A stretch of 64,000 nt of DNA from an uncultured delta proteobacterium (GTDB taxonomy: Bacteria > Myxococcota > Kuafuiibacteriia > Kuafuiibacteriales > Kuafuiibacteriaceae): positions 352,001 through 416,000 of the forward strand of contig CAWDML010000003.1 in the NCBI GenBank assembly GCA_963803435.1. Reading direction: 5' to 3'. The notes under the pieces are model-generated. The model ran no database searches and was not told the origin of the DNA. It saw only the letters and a program-made list of their open reading frames with translations. Position numbers and translations under genes: made by a program. Shown piece after piece: positions 31,670 to 42,288 of the stretch (positions within the stretch are counted from its first letter, which is position 1; every line of letters begins with the position of its first letter).

Positions 31670-33605
31670 TCGAGGATCTCGCGGACCGCCCGCCCGAGGA
31701 CGTCCGGGGTGAACGGCTTCTGGAGCATGTGCGTCCCGGGATCGAGCACCCCCCGATGCAGGATCGTGTTTTCCGTGTAGCCGGAGACGAACAGCACCTC
31801 GACGTGGGGCTGGCGCTCGCGAATCCGCTCGGAGAGCTCTTTCCCGCTCATGTTCGGCATGACCACGTCGGTGACCAGGAGGTCGAATCCGCTCCTTCAT
31901 CCTCTCGACCAGCTCCAGGGCCTCGGGTCCGCTCGCCGCCGCCAGCACGCGATAGCCGTAGCGCTGGAGGGCACGAACCGTCAGCTTGCGCACCTGGTCG
32001 TCGTCCTCGGCCACCATGATGGTCTCGGATCCGATGAGTGAGCTCGGCAGCGGAGCTCGTCGGGCGGGATCCGTGTCCATCGCGACGCGCGGGAGATAGA
32101 TGCGGAAGGTGGTGCCGACCCCGACCTCGCTGTAGACGGAGATCGAGCCGCCCGCCTGCTTGATGATTCCGTAGCACGTCGAGAGGCCGAGCCCCGTGCC
32201 GCGCCCAGGCTCCTTGGTGGTGAAGAACGGCTCGAAGATCCGATGCTGGGTCGCCGCGTCCATCCCGACGCCGCTGTCGGAGATAGCGACCACCACGAAC
32301 TCGCCCGAAGGCGTCTTTCCGCCGGAGGCGTCGTAGCCGGACGTGATGACGGTGTTCATGGTCTCGACCGTCAGCTTGCCGCCGTCCGGCATGGCGTCGC
32401 GTGAGTTGACGGCGAGGTTGATGATCACCTGCTCGAACGCGCTCGGGTCGATCCGGACGTTCCAGAGGTTCTGGCCCAGGATTGTCGCGAAGTCGATGTC
32501 CTCACCGAGGAGGCGCCGGAGCATGCGGTCCAGCTCCTCGACGATCGTGTTCACGTTGGCCACGCGCGGCGAGAATCGCCTTCCGCCGGGAGAAGGCCAG
32601 GAGCTGTCCGGTCAGGCTCTCGGCCCGCCGGGCCGCCTTCAGCACCTCCTCCATGTCCTCGTGCACGGGGTCCTCGGGCCGCAGCTCTCCCAGGACCATG
32701 CTCCCGAAGCTCAGGATGGCGGTGAGGAGGTTGTTGAAGTCGTGTGCGACGCCGCCGGCCAGCCGGCCGATCGCCTCCATCTTCTGCGCCTGGATCAGCT
32801 GGGCCTCGAGACGGCGGAGCTCGCTGACGTCGAGGATGACACCGACGACGTGGACCGCCCGCCCGGTCGCGTTGCGCTCGATCGCCTTCGCGAAGCTGGT
32901 GACCTCGAGCCAACGGCCGTCTGCGTGGCGCACCCGGAGCTCCGCCTGATGGCGCTCCGAGCGGCCCGCGAGGAACTCGCGATAGGCCTGCTCCAGCGCC
33001 GGGAGCGACTCGGGGTCGATGCGCACGCGCAGCCAGTCGGTGATGCTTTGGTCGATCGGGATCGCGTCGCGCTCATACCCGAGGATCTGGGCGCAGCGCT
33101 CGCTCACGTAGAGCGTGGAACCGAGCGGCACGCGGTGATCGAAGACGCCGGCGCCGCTGGCTTCGACCGCCATGGCCAGCCTGCGCTGCTCTCGTCGGAT
33201 CATCTCCTCCGCGCGCCGGCGGATCATCCGGTTCTCCGCCTCTTCGAGCTCTCGGGTGACCGCGACGTTGAGGCGCGCCAGGTTGTCCTTCAGGACGTAG
33301 TCGCGCGCGCCGGCGCGCATCGCGTCGACCGCGCGTTCCTCTCCGATCTCGCCGGACACGAAGATGAAGGGGGTGTCGATGGCCTGGCGCTTGAACAGCG
33401 TGAAGGCGCGCAGGCCGTCGAACTCCGGCATCTTGAAGTCGGAGATGATCAGGTCCCAGTCCTGGTCGAGCGCATCGACGAAGGCCGCTTCGGTCTGGAC
33501 GCGCTCCCAGTCGATCTCGAACCCACCGCGCTGGAGCTCGACACGGATCAGCTCCGCGTCCTCTTCGGAGTCCTCGACCATCAGGAGGCGGAGGCGTCTA
33601 TCCAT
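31639..33605 (-). CDS. Hybrid histidine kinase REC-PAS-HisKA-HATPase-REC (two apparent +1 frameshifts, near 32575 and 31887)
   Basis: LLMVEDS..LIISDF; QAQKMEAIGRLAGGVAHDFNNLL; NLAVNSRDAM; EPFFTTK..GTGLGL; final receiver domain. Split over three track ORFs. Confidence 0.88.
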
Positions 33606-35571
33606 CACCACGGCTGTCTCCTTCGCTCGACAACGTGAAGAAGAACGCCGCGCCTTGACCGGGCACGCTCTCCGCCCAGATGCGTCCGCCGTGGCGATGC
33701 ACGATCCGCTGCACGGTCGCGAGGCCGACGCCGGTCCCCTCGAACCGCGCGTCGCTGTGGAGTCGTTGAAACGGTGCGAATAGCTGCTCGGCATAGCGCA
33801 TGTTGAAGCCGATCCCGTTGTCCTTGACGAAGTAGATGGGTCCCTCCTGTTGGCCGATCACGATCTTTGCGCCTGTTCGGTCCGACGTAAACTTCCATGC
33901 GTTTCCGATCAGATTCTCGAGCGCCGACTCGAGCAGATGTGCGTCCGCGGTCGCCTCGATGGGGCCGTCGAGCGAGAGCTCGACCGAGCGCCCGGGATCG
34001 CCTTCGGACAGCCGCTCGAAGACCTGCCGGGCGATCGCGTCGAGCCGGACCTGTCTGAGCTGGAGCTGTTTTCGCGATACGCGGGAGAGCACCAACAATC
34101 CGTCGATCAGCTCGGACATCCGCTGGGCGCCGGCAGAGACGCGCTCGAGGTAGTGGCGGCCCTGATCGTCGAGCTGCGCCGTATTCTGCTCGAGGAGGGT
34201 CCGGCTGAAGCCCTGGATGCTCCTGAGTGGTTGGCGCAGATCGTGAGATACGGAGTAGGCGAACGTCTGCAGCTCCCTGTTGAGGAGCTCGAGCTCGGCG
34301 TTCTTCTTCTCCAGCTGGCGCAGGAGCGAGGAGCGCGTCTCCGCCAGCTCCTGGGCGGCTCGCGCCTCGGCCTCCTTATGGAGAATCTCCTCACGAACAC
34401 GGCGGTGCTCGTCTTCGAACTGCTTGCGTCGGAGCTGGGCGCGCAACCTGGCCTTCAGTACGGAAAAGTCGCTCGATTTGGAGACGTAGTCGTCCGCGCC
34501 GGCGTTGATCCCCTGAATCATCGCGTCCTGATCCTCGAGGGCCGTCAGCATGATCAGCGGAATGCTGCGGAGGCGGGGCTCGGACTTGATGTCGAGGCAG
34601 GTCTCTTGTCCCGATCGTCCGGGCATCATCAGATCGAGCAGGATGCAATCGAACTTCTCCACGCCCAGCAGCTCGAGGGCCGCCTCCCCCGAGGCCGCCT
34701 TGACCACCTCGTAGCCGTCCTCCTGCAGGCGCTCCGCCAGCTCGCCCAGGTAGGTGAGGCTGTCGTCGACCGCGAGGACCTTCTTGGGGCCGAGCGGGCT
34801 GTCGAACGCGTGATCGCGCGGCGTCGAGGCCGACCGCAGGATCGCGGACAGCCTGGCCAGCACCAAATCCGAGCCGTCACTCTTGCGCACGTAGGCGTCG
34901 GCTCCGGCGTCGAGGGCCTGGACCTCCACGGCGTTGCCCTCGGAGGCGGTCAGCAGCAGGCACGGGGTGGCGCGAAGGGTCGGATCGAGCCGGATCCGCC
35001 GGACCACCCCGGTGCCGTCGAGGCCCGGCATGACGCCGTCGACGATGATGGCATCGGGCGTCTCCTCGGCGGCGGTGCGCAGACCCTCCTCGCCGGAGGC
35101 CGCGGTGACCGTCTCATAGCCAGCCTCGCGGAGGCAGAGCGCGAGCTCCTCGCGATAGGTGACGCTGTCATCGATGATCAGGATCGTGGTGCTGGGCCCG
35201 CGCCGGTTGCGGCGCACCAGCACGCGGGCCCGGGACACCACATAGGACGCGTCGTACGGCTTGCCGACGTACGCGTTCGCTCCGGTCTCGATCGCGCGGA
35301 TCCGATCGGCGATCTCGGCTTCGCTCGAGAGCAGGAGGATCGGCATCGACTCGGTGCGCCGGTCGCTCCGAAGCTCTCGAAGCAACTCCACGCCGTCCCC
35401 GTCTGGAAGGACCACGTCGAGCACGACGAGATCGCTGGTCTCGTCGAGCGCTGCGCGGGCCTCGGCGATCGTGGAGCACAGCACCGTCTCGAAGCCGGCG
35501 TCGTGGAAGGCCTCACGGAGATCCATCCGAACGGTGAGGCTGTCGTCGACGATGACCACCCGCTCGTTCAT
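33598..35571 (-). CDS. Histidine kinase with three N-terminal receiver domains
   Basis: Three DDS..D..P..K receiver units (VVLDVVLP, IIVDGVMP, ILLDLMMP); SVSHDLRQP; NAWKF; GTGVGLA. Confidence 0.92.
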   Translation of the reverse strand: MNERVVIVDDSLTVRMDLREAFHDAGFETVLCSTIAEARAALDETSDLVVLDVVLPDGDGVELLRELRSDRRTESMPILLLSSEAEIADRIRAIETGANAYVGKPYDASYVVSRARVLVRRNRRGPSTTILIIDDSVTYREELALCLREAGYETVTAASGEEGLRTAAEETPDAIIVDGVMPGLDGTGVVRRIRLDPTLRATPCLLLTASEGNAVEVQALDAGADAYVRKSDGSDLVLARLSAILRSASTPRDHAFDSPLGPKKVLAVDDSLTYLGELAERLQEDGYEVVKAASGEAALELLGVEKFDCILLDLMMPGRSGQETCLDIKSEPRLRSIPLIMLTALEDQDAMIQGINAGADDYVSKSSDFSVLKARLRAQLRRKQFEDEHRRVREEILHKEAEARAAQELAETRSSLLRQLEKKNAELELLNRELQTFAYSVSHDLRQPLRSIQGFSRTLLEQNTAQLDDQGRHYLERVSAGAQRMSELIDGLLVLSRVSRKQLQLRQVRLDAIARQVFERLSEGDPGRSVELSLDGPIEATADAHLLESALENLIGNAWKFTSDRTGAKIVIGQQEGPIYFVKDNGIGFNMRYAEQLFAPFQRLHSDARFEGTGVGLATVQRIVHRHGGRIWAESVPGQGAAFFFTLSSEGDSRGDG

Positions 35572-36620
35572 GGGTTGGCCTCGCTCCTGCGTCCGACCAG
35601 CTGCACGACCAGCGGTCCGATCTCGTCGATCGGGGTCACGTATCTCGCCGCACCGAGCTGGACGGCGACGCCCGGCATCCCGAACACGACGGAGGTCGCC
35701 TCATCCTGGGCGATCGTCACGCCGCCGCCGCCTCGGATCGCGAGCAGGCCGGCGGCACCGTCGCGCCCCATGCCGGTCAATAGACAGGCCAAGGTTCGTT
35801 CCGCCTGATCTCTCGCCAGCGATTCGAAGAGTACGTCGACCGAGGGGCGGCAAAAGTGGCGTTCGGCTCCCTCGGTCAGCCACATCCGGTCGCCGCGGAC
35901 CTCGAGGTGACGACCTGCGGGCGCCAGCAGTACGCATCCGTCCCGCGGGAGCCGCGCGCCGTCGGTGGGCTGGCGGATTGGGAGCGCGATCTGACCCTCG
36001 AGCCACTCGGCGAGGGCGGCGGCGAAGGGCTCGGCGATGTGGATGACGACGAGGACAGGCAGCGGAAAGTCCGCAGGCAGCGCTCGCAGCACGGCCAGCA
36101 CCGCGCCGGGACCTCCCGTGGACGCGCCGATCGCCACCACCCGGAGACCGGGCGAGGCGATCGGCCTGGACCGGATCGCAGCACCGGTGAGGCGCGCCCG
36201 CGGGTGCGTGATCACGCGAATCCGCGAGACCAGACGCAACGTCTTCACCAGCTGCTTCGCCCAGGAGGCCTCGGGCTCGTCGCCGGTGGGCTTCTCGAGC
36301 ACGTCGACTGCGCCCGCCGCCAGGGCCTCGTAGGTTTGAAAGAGCTCTCCGCGGTTCGTGGAGGCCGAGACGATCAGGATGGGCGTGGGACAGAAAGCCA
36401 TGATCTGCTCGGTGGCGAACAGCCCGCTCGATCCGTTCAGCATCATGTCCATCGTGACCACGTCGGGCCGCAGTGACTTGCACAGATCGATCGCGGTGTC
36501 CCCATCGGTCGCCTCACCGATCACCTCGATGCCGGGCTCTGCACCCAGCACCTCGACCAAGAGCTTCCTGATCGTGAGCGAGTCTTCGACGACGAGGACG
36601 CGAAGGGTGCCGGTGCTCAA
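35568..36620 (-). CDS. cheB: Chemotaxis methylesterase CheB (WspF-like)
   Basis: Receiver domain plus IGASTGG, VIHI, RPSVDVLF and TGMGRDG. Confidence 0.95.
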   Translation of the reverse strand: MSTGTLRVLVVEDSLTIRKLLVEVLGAEPGIEVIGEATDGDTAIDLCKSLRPDVVTMDMMLNGSSGLFATEQIMAFCPTPILIVSASTNRGELFQTYEALAAGAVDVLEKPTGDEPEASWAKQLVKTLRLVSRIRVITHPRARLTGAAIRSRPIASPGLRVVAIGASTGGPGAVLAVLRALPADFPLPVLVVIHIAEPFAAALAEWLEGQIALPIRQPTDGARLPRDGCVLLAPAGRHLEVRGDRMWLTEGAERHFCRPSVDVLFESLARDQAERTLACLLTGMGRDGAAGLLAIRGGGGVTIAQDEATSVVFGMPGVAVQLGAARYVTPIDEIGPLVVQLVGRRSEANP

Positions 36621-38449
36621 TCGACCAACCTCCGGATCGTCTCGAGGAGCGCCCGCTGATCGAAGTCGCTCTTGACCATGTAGGCCTGGGCGCCCGCGGC
36701 GTTGCCTCGCCGGCGATCCTCGGCGTCGGCGCGGGACGTCACCAGGATCGCGGGGATCTTGCGCAGCGCCGGATCTTGCTTCACCCGGGTGATGAACTCG
36801 AAGCCGTCCATTCCCGGCATCTCGACGTCGACGATGAACAGCCGGTAAGCCTTCTGGGCCGCTTTCACCAGCGCGTCCTCGCCGGAGACGGCGAGGTCGA
36901 CCCGGTAGCCCGCCGTCTCGAGGATGCTCTGCTCGAGCATCCGGGTCGTGAGCGAGTCGTCGATCACCAGCACCTCCGCCGGTTTCTCGGGCTCGACGGC
37001 CGGCGGATCCGACTCGAGCGGTGCCTCGGTCAGCACCGGCGGAGCCAGCAGCAGCTGCGGTACGCCGTGGGCGTCGAGGACCGCGCCCGCGACGATCGGC
37101 TTGGCCAAGACCTGAGGTGGCAGGCTCCGGACCAGCACGTTCTCGATCGCGCCCAGGCGGTCGACCTCGAGCGCGGCCCGCCGGCCTCCCGATTCGATCA
37201 CCACCGCGGTATGGACCGCGGACGGTGCTGCGGCTGCGCGTCCCAGCGCCCGCGAGAGCGAGATCAGGGGCACGATCTCACCACCCACGCGCGTCCGCGC
37301 GCCCTCAGGAGAGCGCGTCACGTCCTCCTCACGCACCAAGAGCGCATGCCGGACCGCGTCGAGGGGGATCAGCACCGTCGATCCCGACGCCTCGACCGAT
37401 AGCGCCGGCAGTGAAGAGAGCGAGATGGGGACGATCATCGAGATTGTCGTGCCGCCGGGGCCGCTCTTCACCTCGAGCTCGCCCTTGACGTGCTCGACGG
37501 CGGCGCGGATCGCATCGAGACCGACGCCCCGTCCTGAGACCGGGCTAACGCTGCGGCTGGTGGAGAGGCCGCCTCGGTACAAGAGCTCGATCGTCTCCTT
37601 CAACTGAAGGCTCCGGGCCGTGGCGGCGTCGATCCGGCCCCGCTCGACTGCGATGCGACGAATCTCCGCCAGGTCGAACCCGCCGCCGTCGTCCGTGACG
37701 GAGAAGACCACGCGATGCGCACGGCGCTCGATCGACAGCTCGACCGTCCCGGTGTGCTCGATCCCGTGGGCCACCGCGTTCTGCACCGCATGGACCAGCG
37801 CACCTCTCAGCGCCACCAGCACGTCGGCGTCGACGCGCGTCTCGGTACCACGTGCGCGGAACGCGACCTGCTTGTCGAGCGCGCGAGAGGCGTCGCGGGT
37901 CGCGCGCTCCAGGTCGCTCGCGATCGCCGTCGCCGGGATGAGCCGAAGCTCCGTGACCCGCTCGTACAGCGCTCCCAGGACGGTACGAACCCCGTCGAGC
38001 TCCTCCCGCCCCTCGGAGGCGAGCGCGGCGGCCGCCTCCGCGATGCCGGCGAGGACGCGATCGAGATTGGCCACCGCCACCCTGACCGAGCGGAGCGTCT
38101 CTTCGGCCGGGGCCTCCATCGGCTGCGCCGTCTTCGGGGCGTCGAGGAGGGGGATGTGGCCGCGCATGGCGTCGACCATCGCGAGCGCCTCGTCGATGCT
38201 CTCCCGTGGGATCGGGGCCGAGCCGTCTTCACGATGGGGCGAGAGCCGATCCTCGATCGAGTGGGCGAGCTCGGCGATGGCCGTCTGCCGCACCACGCGC
38301 GACGCGCCCTTGAGGGTGTGGGCGTGGCGAAGGAGCCGCCGGACCGTCTCCGCGTCCTGACCGCGCTCGAGCTCGAGCAGCCCGCTCGCCAGCTGCTCGG
38401 TCAGCTCCTGCGCCTCGACGCGGAAGTAGCGGTACGGATCCTTGGCCAT
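36617..38449 (-). CDS. cheA: CheA-REC hybrid kinase (WspE/FrzE-like)
   Basis: Hpt RHAHTLKG; NAVAHGIE; SGRGVGLD; CheW domain; C-terminal receiver. Confidence 0.93.
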   Translation of the reverse strand: MAKDPYRYFRVEAQELTEQLASGLLELERGQDAETVRRLLRHAHTLKGASRVVRQTAIAELAHSIEDRLSPHREDGSAPIPRESIDEALAMVDAMRGHIPLLDAPKTAQPMEAPAEETLRSVRVAVANLDRVLAGIAEAAAALASEGREELDGVRTVLGALYERVTELRLIPATAIASDLERATRDASRALDKQVAFRARGTETRVDADVLVALRGALVHAVQNAVAHGIEHTGTVELSIERRAHRVVFSVTDDGGGFDLAEIRRIAVERGRIDAATARSLQLKETIELLYRGGLSTSRSVSPVSGRGVGLDAIRAAVEHVKGELEVKSGPGGTTISMIVPISLSSLPALSVEASGSTVLIPLDAVRHALLVREEDVTRSPEGARTRVGGEIVPLISLSRALGRAAAAPSAVHTAVVIESGGRRAALEVDRLGAIENVLVRSLPPQVLAKPIVAGAVLDAHGVPQLLLAPPVLTEAPLESDPPAVEPEKPAEVLVIDDSLTTRMLEQSILETAGYRVDLAVSGEDALVKAAQKAYRLFIVDVEMPGMDGFEFITRVKQDPALRKIPAILVTSRADAEDRRRGNAAGAQAYMVKSDFDQRALLETIRRLVD

Positions 38450-38450
38450 G

Positions 38451-39920
38451 TCAGTGCTGCTCCGGGCGCACCAGTCGCGTGAGGTCGTCCGAGAGCACCG
38501 CGAGCTGAGACGCCGTCTGCAACGTCTGTGAGGAGCTCGACTCGCTCTCCTTGGTCGCCTGAGCGACGTTGGCCACGGCGATGTTCACCTGCTCGACCGC
38601 GGTCGACTGCTGCTTGGTGCTGAGCTCGATCTCTCTGGCCGCCTCGGTGGTGGTCTCGACCAGACCTCCGATCCGCTCGAAGGCGGCCGCCAGCTGCGCG
38701 AAGCTCCGCGTGCCGGTCTCCACCGCCTTGGACCCGGTCTCGGTCGCCATCACGGTGGTGTTCACTGCGGTGCGGATCTCGTCGATGAGCCCGCGGATCT
38801 GCTTGGTCGATCCGGTGACGCGGTCGGCCAGCTTTCGGATCTCGTCGCCGACCACCGCGAAGCGCCGGCCGGCCTCACCGGCTCCGGCGGCCTCGATGGT
38901 GGCGTTGATCGCGAGGATGTTCGTCTGCTCCGAGAGCTCGTTGATGATCTCGATGACGCCTCCGATCTGCTGCGACTTCCTCCCCAGCTCGAGCATGTGC
39001 TGAACGATCGAATCGACGTGGCGCTTGATCTGGCCGACGGCGTCCTCGGTGACCCGGACCGTGGCATCGCCGTCGCGCGCGCGATCGGCGGTGTCGGCCG
39101 CGATCTTGGCGACACGCTGCGCGCTCTCCGCGATCTGTCTCGAGGTGGTGAGCAGCTCGCCGATGGTGGTGGAGATCTCGCTGACGGCCGTCGCTTGCTC
39201 CCTCGCGCCCGATGCTTGCTGGCTGGCGGCGGCCTGCAGCTCTGCGGTCGAGCTGCGCACGTGCTGGACGGAGGCACCGATCTGCCGGCTGAGCGACCCC
39301 GTGAGCACGGCGGCCACCAGTCCGGCCGCGATCAGCGTCAGGAGGCCGATCAACAGCATGGCCATCTTCGCGCGGGCGGCCGTCTCGTTGGCCGCCACCC
39401 GCTCCGCGTCGAGCCGGTCTTGCTCGAAGGCGATCAACGATTGGGCGGCCTCTTCGAGGACCTGGGCGCGCGGAAGGACGCGATCGTCGAAGGCCGCCGT
39501 GACCTTCGCCTGATCGGGCTCCGTCTGCCGGAGCGCCACTACCTCCGTCACGGCCCGCTCGTACGCCTCCTCGGCACGGTTGAGGTCGTCGAGGAGCGCG
39601 CGACTGTCGCCGCCGTCGCGCGTGCGGAGGCCGTTGATCGCACGGGCCACCTGGCGCTGGACCTCCTCGACGCTGCGCAGGTACTCCGGCTTGCTCGTCA
39701 AGAGGTAGGCGCGCATGCCGGCCATCTGTCGGACCGCCGACGCGGCCAGCTCATGGGCGTCGGTGAGGCTCGGGGTCCGCACGCGGATCACCGCGTCCTT
39801 GTCGTCGACCACACTCGTGAGCGCATAGTAGGCGACTGCACCCATCATCAAGGTCAGCGCCAATACCAGGCAGAAGCCGGCGCCGAGCTTTCGACCAAAC
39901 GTCCAACGTCCCATCCTCAT
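38451..39920 (-). CDS. Methyl-accepting chemotaxis protein (two TM helices, helical periplasmic domain)
   Basis: SEQTNILAINATIEAAGAGEAGRRFAVVGDEIRKLA signalling hairpin. Confidence 0.95.
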   Translation of the reverse strand: MRMGRWTFGRKLGAGFCLVLALTLMMGAVAYYALTSVVDDKDAVIRVRTPSLTDAHELAASAVRQMAGMRAYLLTSKPEYLRSVEEVQRQVARAINGLRTRDGGDSRALLDDLNRAEEAYERAVTEVVALRQTEPDQAKVTAAFDDRVLPRAQVLEEAAQSLIAFEQDRLDAERVAANETAARAKMAMLLIGLLTLIAAGLVAAVLTGSLSRQIGASVQHVRSSTAELQAAASQQASGAREQATAVSEISTTIGELLTTSRQIAESAQRVAKIAADTADRARDGDATVRVTEDAVGQIKRHVDSIVQHMLELGRKSQQIGGVIEIINELSEQTNILAINATIEAAGAGEAGRRFAVVGDEIRKLADRVTGSTKQIRGLIDEIRTAVNTTVMATETGSKAVETGTRSFAQLAAAFERIGGLVETTTEAAREIELSTKQQSTAVEQVNIAVANVAQATKESESSSSQTLQTASQLAVLSDDLTRLVRPEQH

Positions 39921-40375
39921 CCCCTGTGCGGCGCGAGCAGCTGAGCGATCCGTTCCGCGTTCATCACGGAGTACGAGGCTCGGTCGACCCGCACGACCTC
40001 CCGAAGCTCTTCGGCGGCGACCTCCACGGTGGCCTCGATTGCGTCGAAGGCCAGCCCGACCGCTCGGTCCTGCCCGTAAAGCGCCGCCCAGGAGCCGCCG
40101 CAGGGCTCCGTACCGCCCATCAGGGCGGCCAGGCAGAACAGACTGATGATCTCTCCGCGAACGCCGGCGACCCCGAGCAAGGCGCGGGCATCGCTCGGGA
40201 CAGGCGTGATCTCAGGGCAGCGGAGCACGCCGGTGATCGCGTCGAGCCGGATCGCGATCGATCGATCTCGGGCGCGCACTGTGAGCAGCCGGATCCGCGC
40301 GGAGGCCGGCGCCGGCTCGGGCTCGGAGAACGAGCGATCGAAGGCTGCCCGGAACGCGGCGGCCGTGTCCTTCAT
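39917..40375 (-). CDS. cheW: CheW-like adaptor
   Basis: ITPVPSDARALLGVAGVRGEI; operon context. Confidence 0.8.
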   Translation of the reverse strand: MKDTAAAFRAAFDRSFSEPEPAPASARIRLLTVRARDRSIAIRLDAITGVLRCPEITPVPSDARALLGVAGVRGEIISLFCLAALMGGTEPCGGSWAALYGQDRAVGLAFDAIEATVEVAAEELREVVRVDRASYSVMNAERIAQLLAPHRG

Positions 40376-41799
40376 GCGTCACCTCGCGAGGAGGCCAGCT
40401 CGTGGCGGCAGAGCTGGATGAGGCCGTCGCGCGCGAAGCCGCCTCCGAACAAGACGATCCGTGACGCGTCCTCCCGGGCCAGGAGTGACAACGCAGTCTC
40501 GAGCTCGCGCCGGGCCGTCATCTGATCGCCGGCCCGACGCGCCAGGATCCCGCGGTGCAGGTGCGGCATGGCGAAGCCGGGATCGAGATAGGAGGCCGTC
40601 AGATCATGCTCCCTCGCGCCCTCGAAGTCGCCGGCGTGCTCCCTGCAGAGGGCCATCACGTAGTGTGCGCCGGCATTGAGCTCGTCGAGCGCGAGCAGCT
40701 CGGCGCAGGTGGACTCGGCGGTGGCGGCGTCTCCAGTGGTGACGAGCAGCGCGGCGCGAAGGAGCAGCGCGTCCGGATCGCCGGAGGGGTTGGCGCCGCC
40801 GATCGCGATCGTCGCGAGCGTCCCGAGCGCCTCCTGGAAGCGCTCGGCCTTCATCAGCGAACGAACGGGCTCGAACGGATCCTCGGCGGCTGGCTCCGGC
40901 CTGGGGATGGGTGCACGCGAGAGCGCCTCGATGCGCTGGGACGACCGCGCGATCACCTCCTGCCAGTGATCGCCGGGCTCGGTCGCCGGAGCTCGACGGT
41001 CCTCGCGCTTCTCGTAGAAGAACGCCTCGGAGGCCTGGCGCAGGTGGAAGGCCGTCGACAGCCCGCGCAGGTTCTCCGCGTGGCCGACAAAGAGCAGGCC
41101 GCCCGGGGTCAGAGCGCGCCAGAGGTGGGCCAGCACCTTCTGGGCGGCGGCCGGAGTCAGGTACATGAGCACGTTCCGGCAAAAGGCGAGGTGATAGCTC
41201 TCGGGTTCGAACAGGGCCGCCGGGGGATCGACGAGGTTGACCAGCTCCCACTGCACCATGCTCCGCACGGCCGCGATCAGCGTGTGGCCTCGAGCATCGG
41301 TCTCGAACCAGCGCATCGCCACCGCCGGTTTGGTCTGGCGCAGCGACCACTGGGTGTAGCGACCCTCGCGCGCACGATCGATCGCCTCCGGATTGAGGTC
41401 GACGCCGACGATCGACACGCGCTGCAGATCGGACGCCGAGAGGTTCTCGCGGGCGATGATCGCGAGCGAGTACGCCTCCTCGCCGGACGCGCAGCCTGCG
41501 GAGAGCATCCGGATCTCGCGGCCAGCGCGCGCGCGCATGAGCTGGGCGGCCCGATCGAAGTGGGGCGCGTTGCGGAGGAAGTAGGTCTCCGGCACCGAGA
41601 GCGCGGGCATCAGCACTCCGAGCTCGGCGCCCGCCAGACCCGCCAGATAGGAGCGCACGTCGGAGGCCCGGGTCGCCTGGAGGCGCGCAGCCAGGAGCGC
41701 CTCCAGGTGAGGGAGACGATCGTCGTCGAAGCGAAGGCCTGCCCGCTGGGCGATCGTCTCGCGGAAGGCTTCCACGTCGGCGCGCTCGAGCACGATCAA
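40372..41799 (-). CDS. cheR: CheR methyltransferase with C-terminal TPRs (WspC/FrzF-like)
   Basis: VPETYFLR, SAGCASGEEAYS and FCRNVLMY; TPR-like tail. Confidence 0.93.
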   Translation of the reverse strand: MIVLERADVEAFRETIAQRAGLRFDDDRLPHLEALLAARLQATRASDVRSYLAGLAGAELGVLMPALSVPETYFLRNAPHFDRAAQLMRARAGREIRMLSAGCASGEEAYSLAIIARENLSASDLQRVSIVGVDLNPEAIDRAREGRYTQWSLRQTKPAVAMRWFETDARGHTLIAAVRSMVQWELVNLVDPPAALFEPESYHLAFCRNVLMYLTPAAAQKVLAHLWRALTPGGLLFVGHAENLRGLSTAFHLRQASEAFFYEKREDRRAPATEPGDHWQEVIARSSQRIEALSRAPIPRPEPAAEDPFEPVRSLMKAERFQEALGTLATIAIGGANPSGDPDALLLRAALLVTTGDAATAESTCAELLALDELNAGAHYVMALCREHAGDFEGAREHDLTASYLDPGFAMPHLHRGILARRAGDQMTARRELETALSLLAREDASRIVLFGGGFARDGLIQLCRHELASSRGDA

Positions 41800-42209
41800 A
41801 GGACGACCTCGGGGATCAGGCCGGCGGCCGACAGAACGGTCAGCAGGCGCCCATCGAGGCGGCCGATCGCCTCCACGGATTCGAGCGCGGCGTCGTCGAG
41901 CAGTGGCGGAAGGGTGGTGGTCGGGCGCTCGACGACGCCGAGCACCTCGTCGACGAGGACGGCGACCCGCCGGGTGGGCTCCACCACGAGCGAGACCATG
42001 CGGCCGGCAGGGGGTGGGGCGATCTCGCCGAGCAGGCGGCGCAGATCGAGGACGGGCGTCGGCATTCCCCGGATCAACGCGGTGCCCAGGACGAAGGGGT
42101 GCGGGGTGGGCACCGGCTCCACCGGGAGCGGGCGCGACGTCTCGCGGACGTAACGGATCGGTAGCGCACAGCTCCGGCTGGCGATGCGGAAGAGGAGGAG
42201 AGGATCCAT
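41796..42209 (-). CDS. cheW: CheW-like adaptor
   Basis: PFVLGTALIRGMPTPVLDL and VAVLVDEVLG; ATG at 42209. Confidence 0.85.
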   Translation of the reverse strand: MDPLLLFRIASRSCALPIRYVRETSRPLPVEPVPTPHPFVLGTALIRGMPTPVLDLRRLLGEIAPPPAGRMVSLVVEPTRRVAVLVDEVLGVVERPTTTLPPLLDDAALESVEAIGRLDGRLLTVLSAAGLIPEVVL

Positions 42210-42288
42210 GTCTTCCGAGGCCCGGACGCTAACAGGAGGCCGATGATCGCAAAAGCTGGCCGTTCGGACAGGCGAGCGCCTCCGACAT

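Noticed and set aside
42248-42262. Possible sigma54 site upstream of cheW (GGCCAGCTTTTGC on the minus strand)
   Set aside because: GG-to-GC spacing is 9 nt rather than the required 10.
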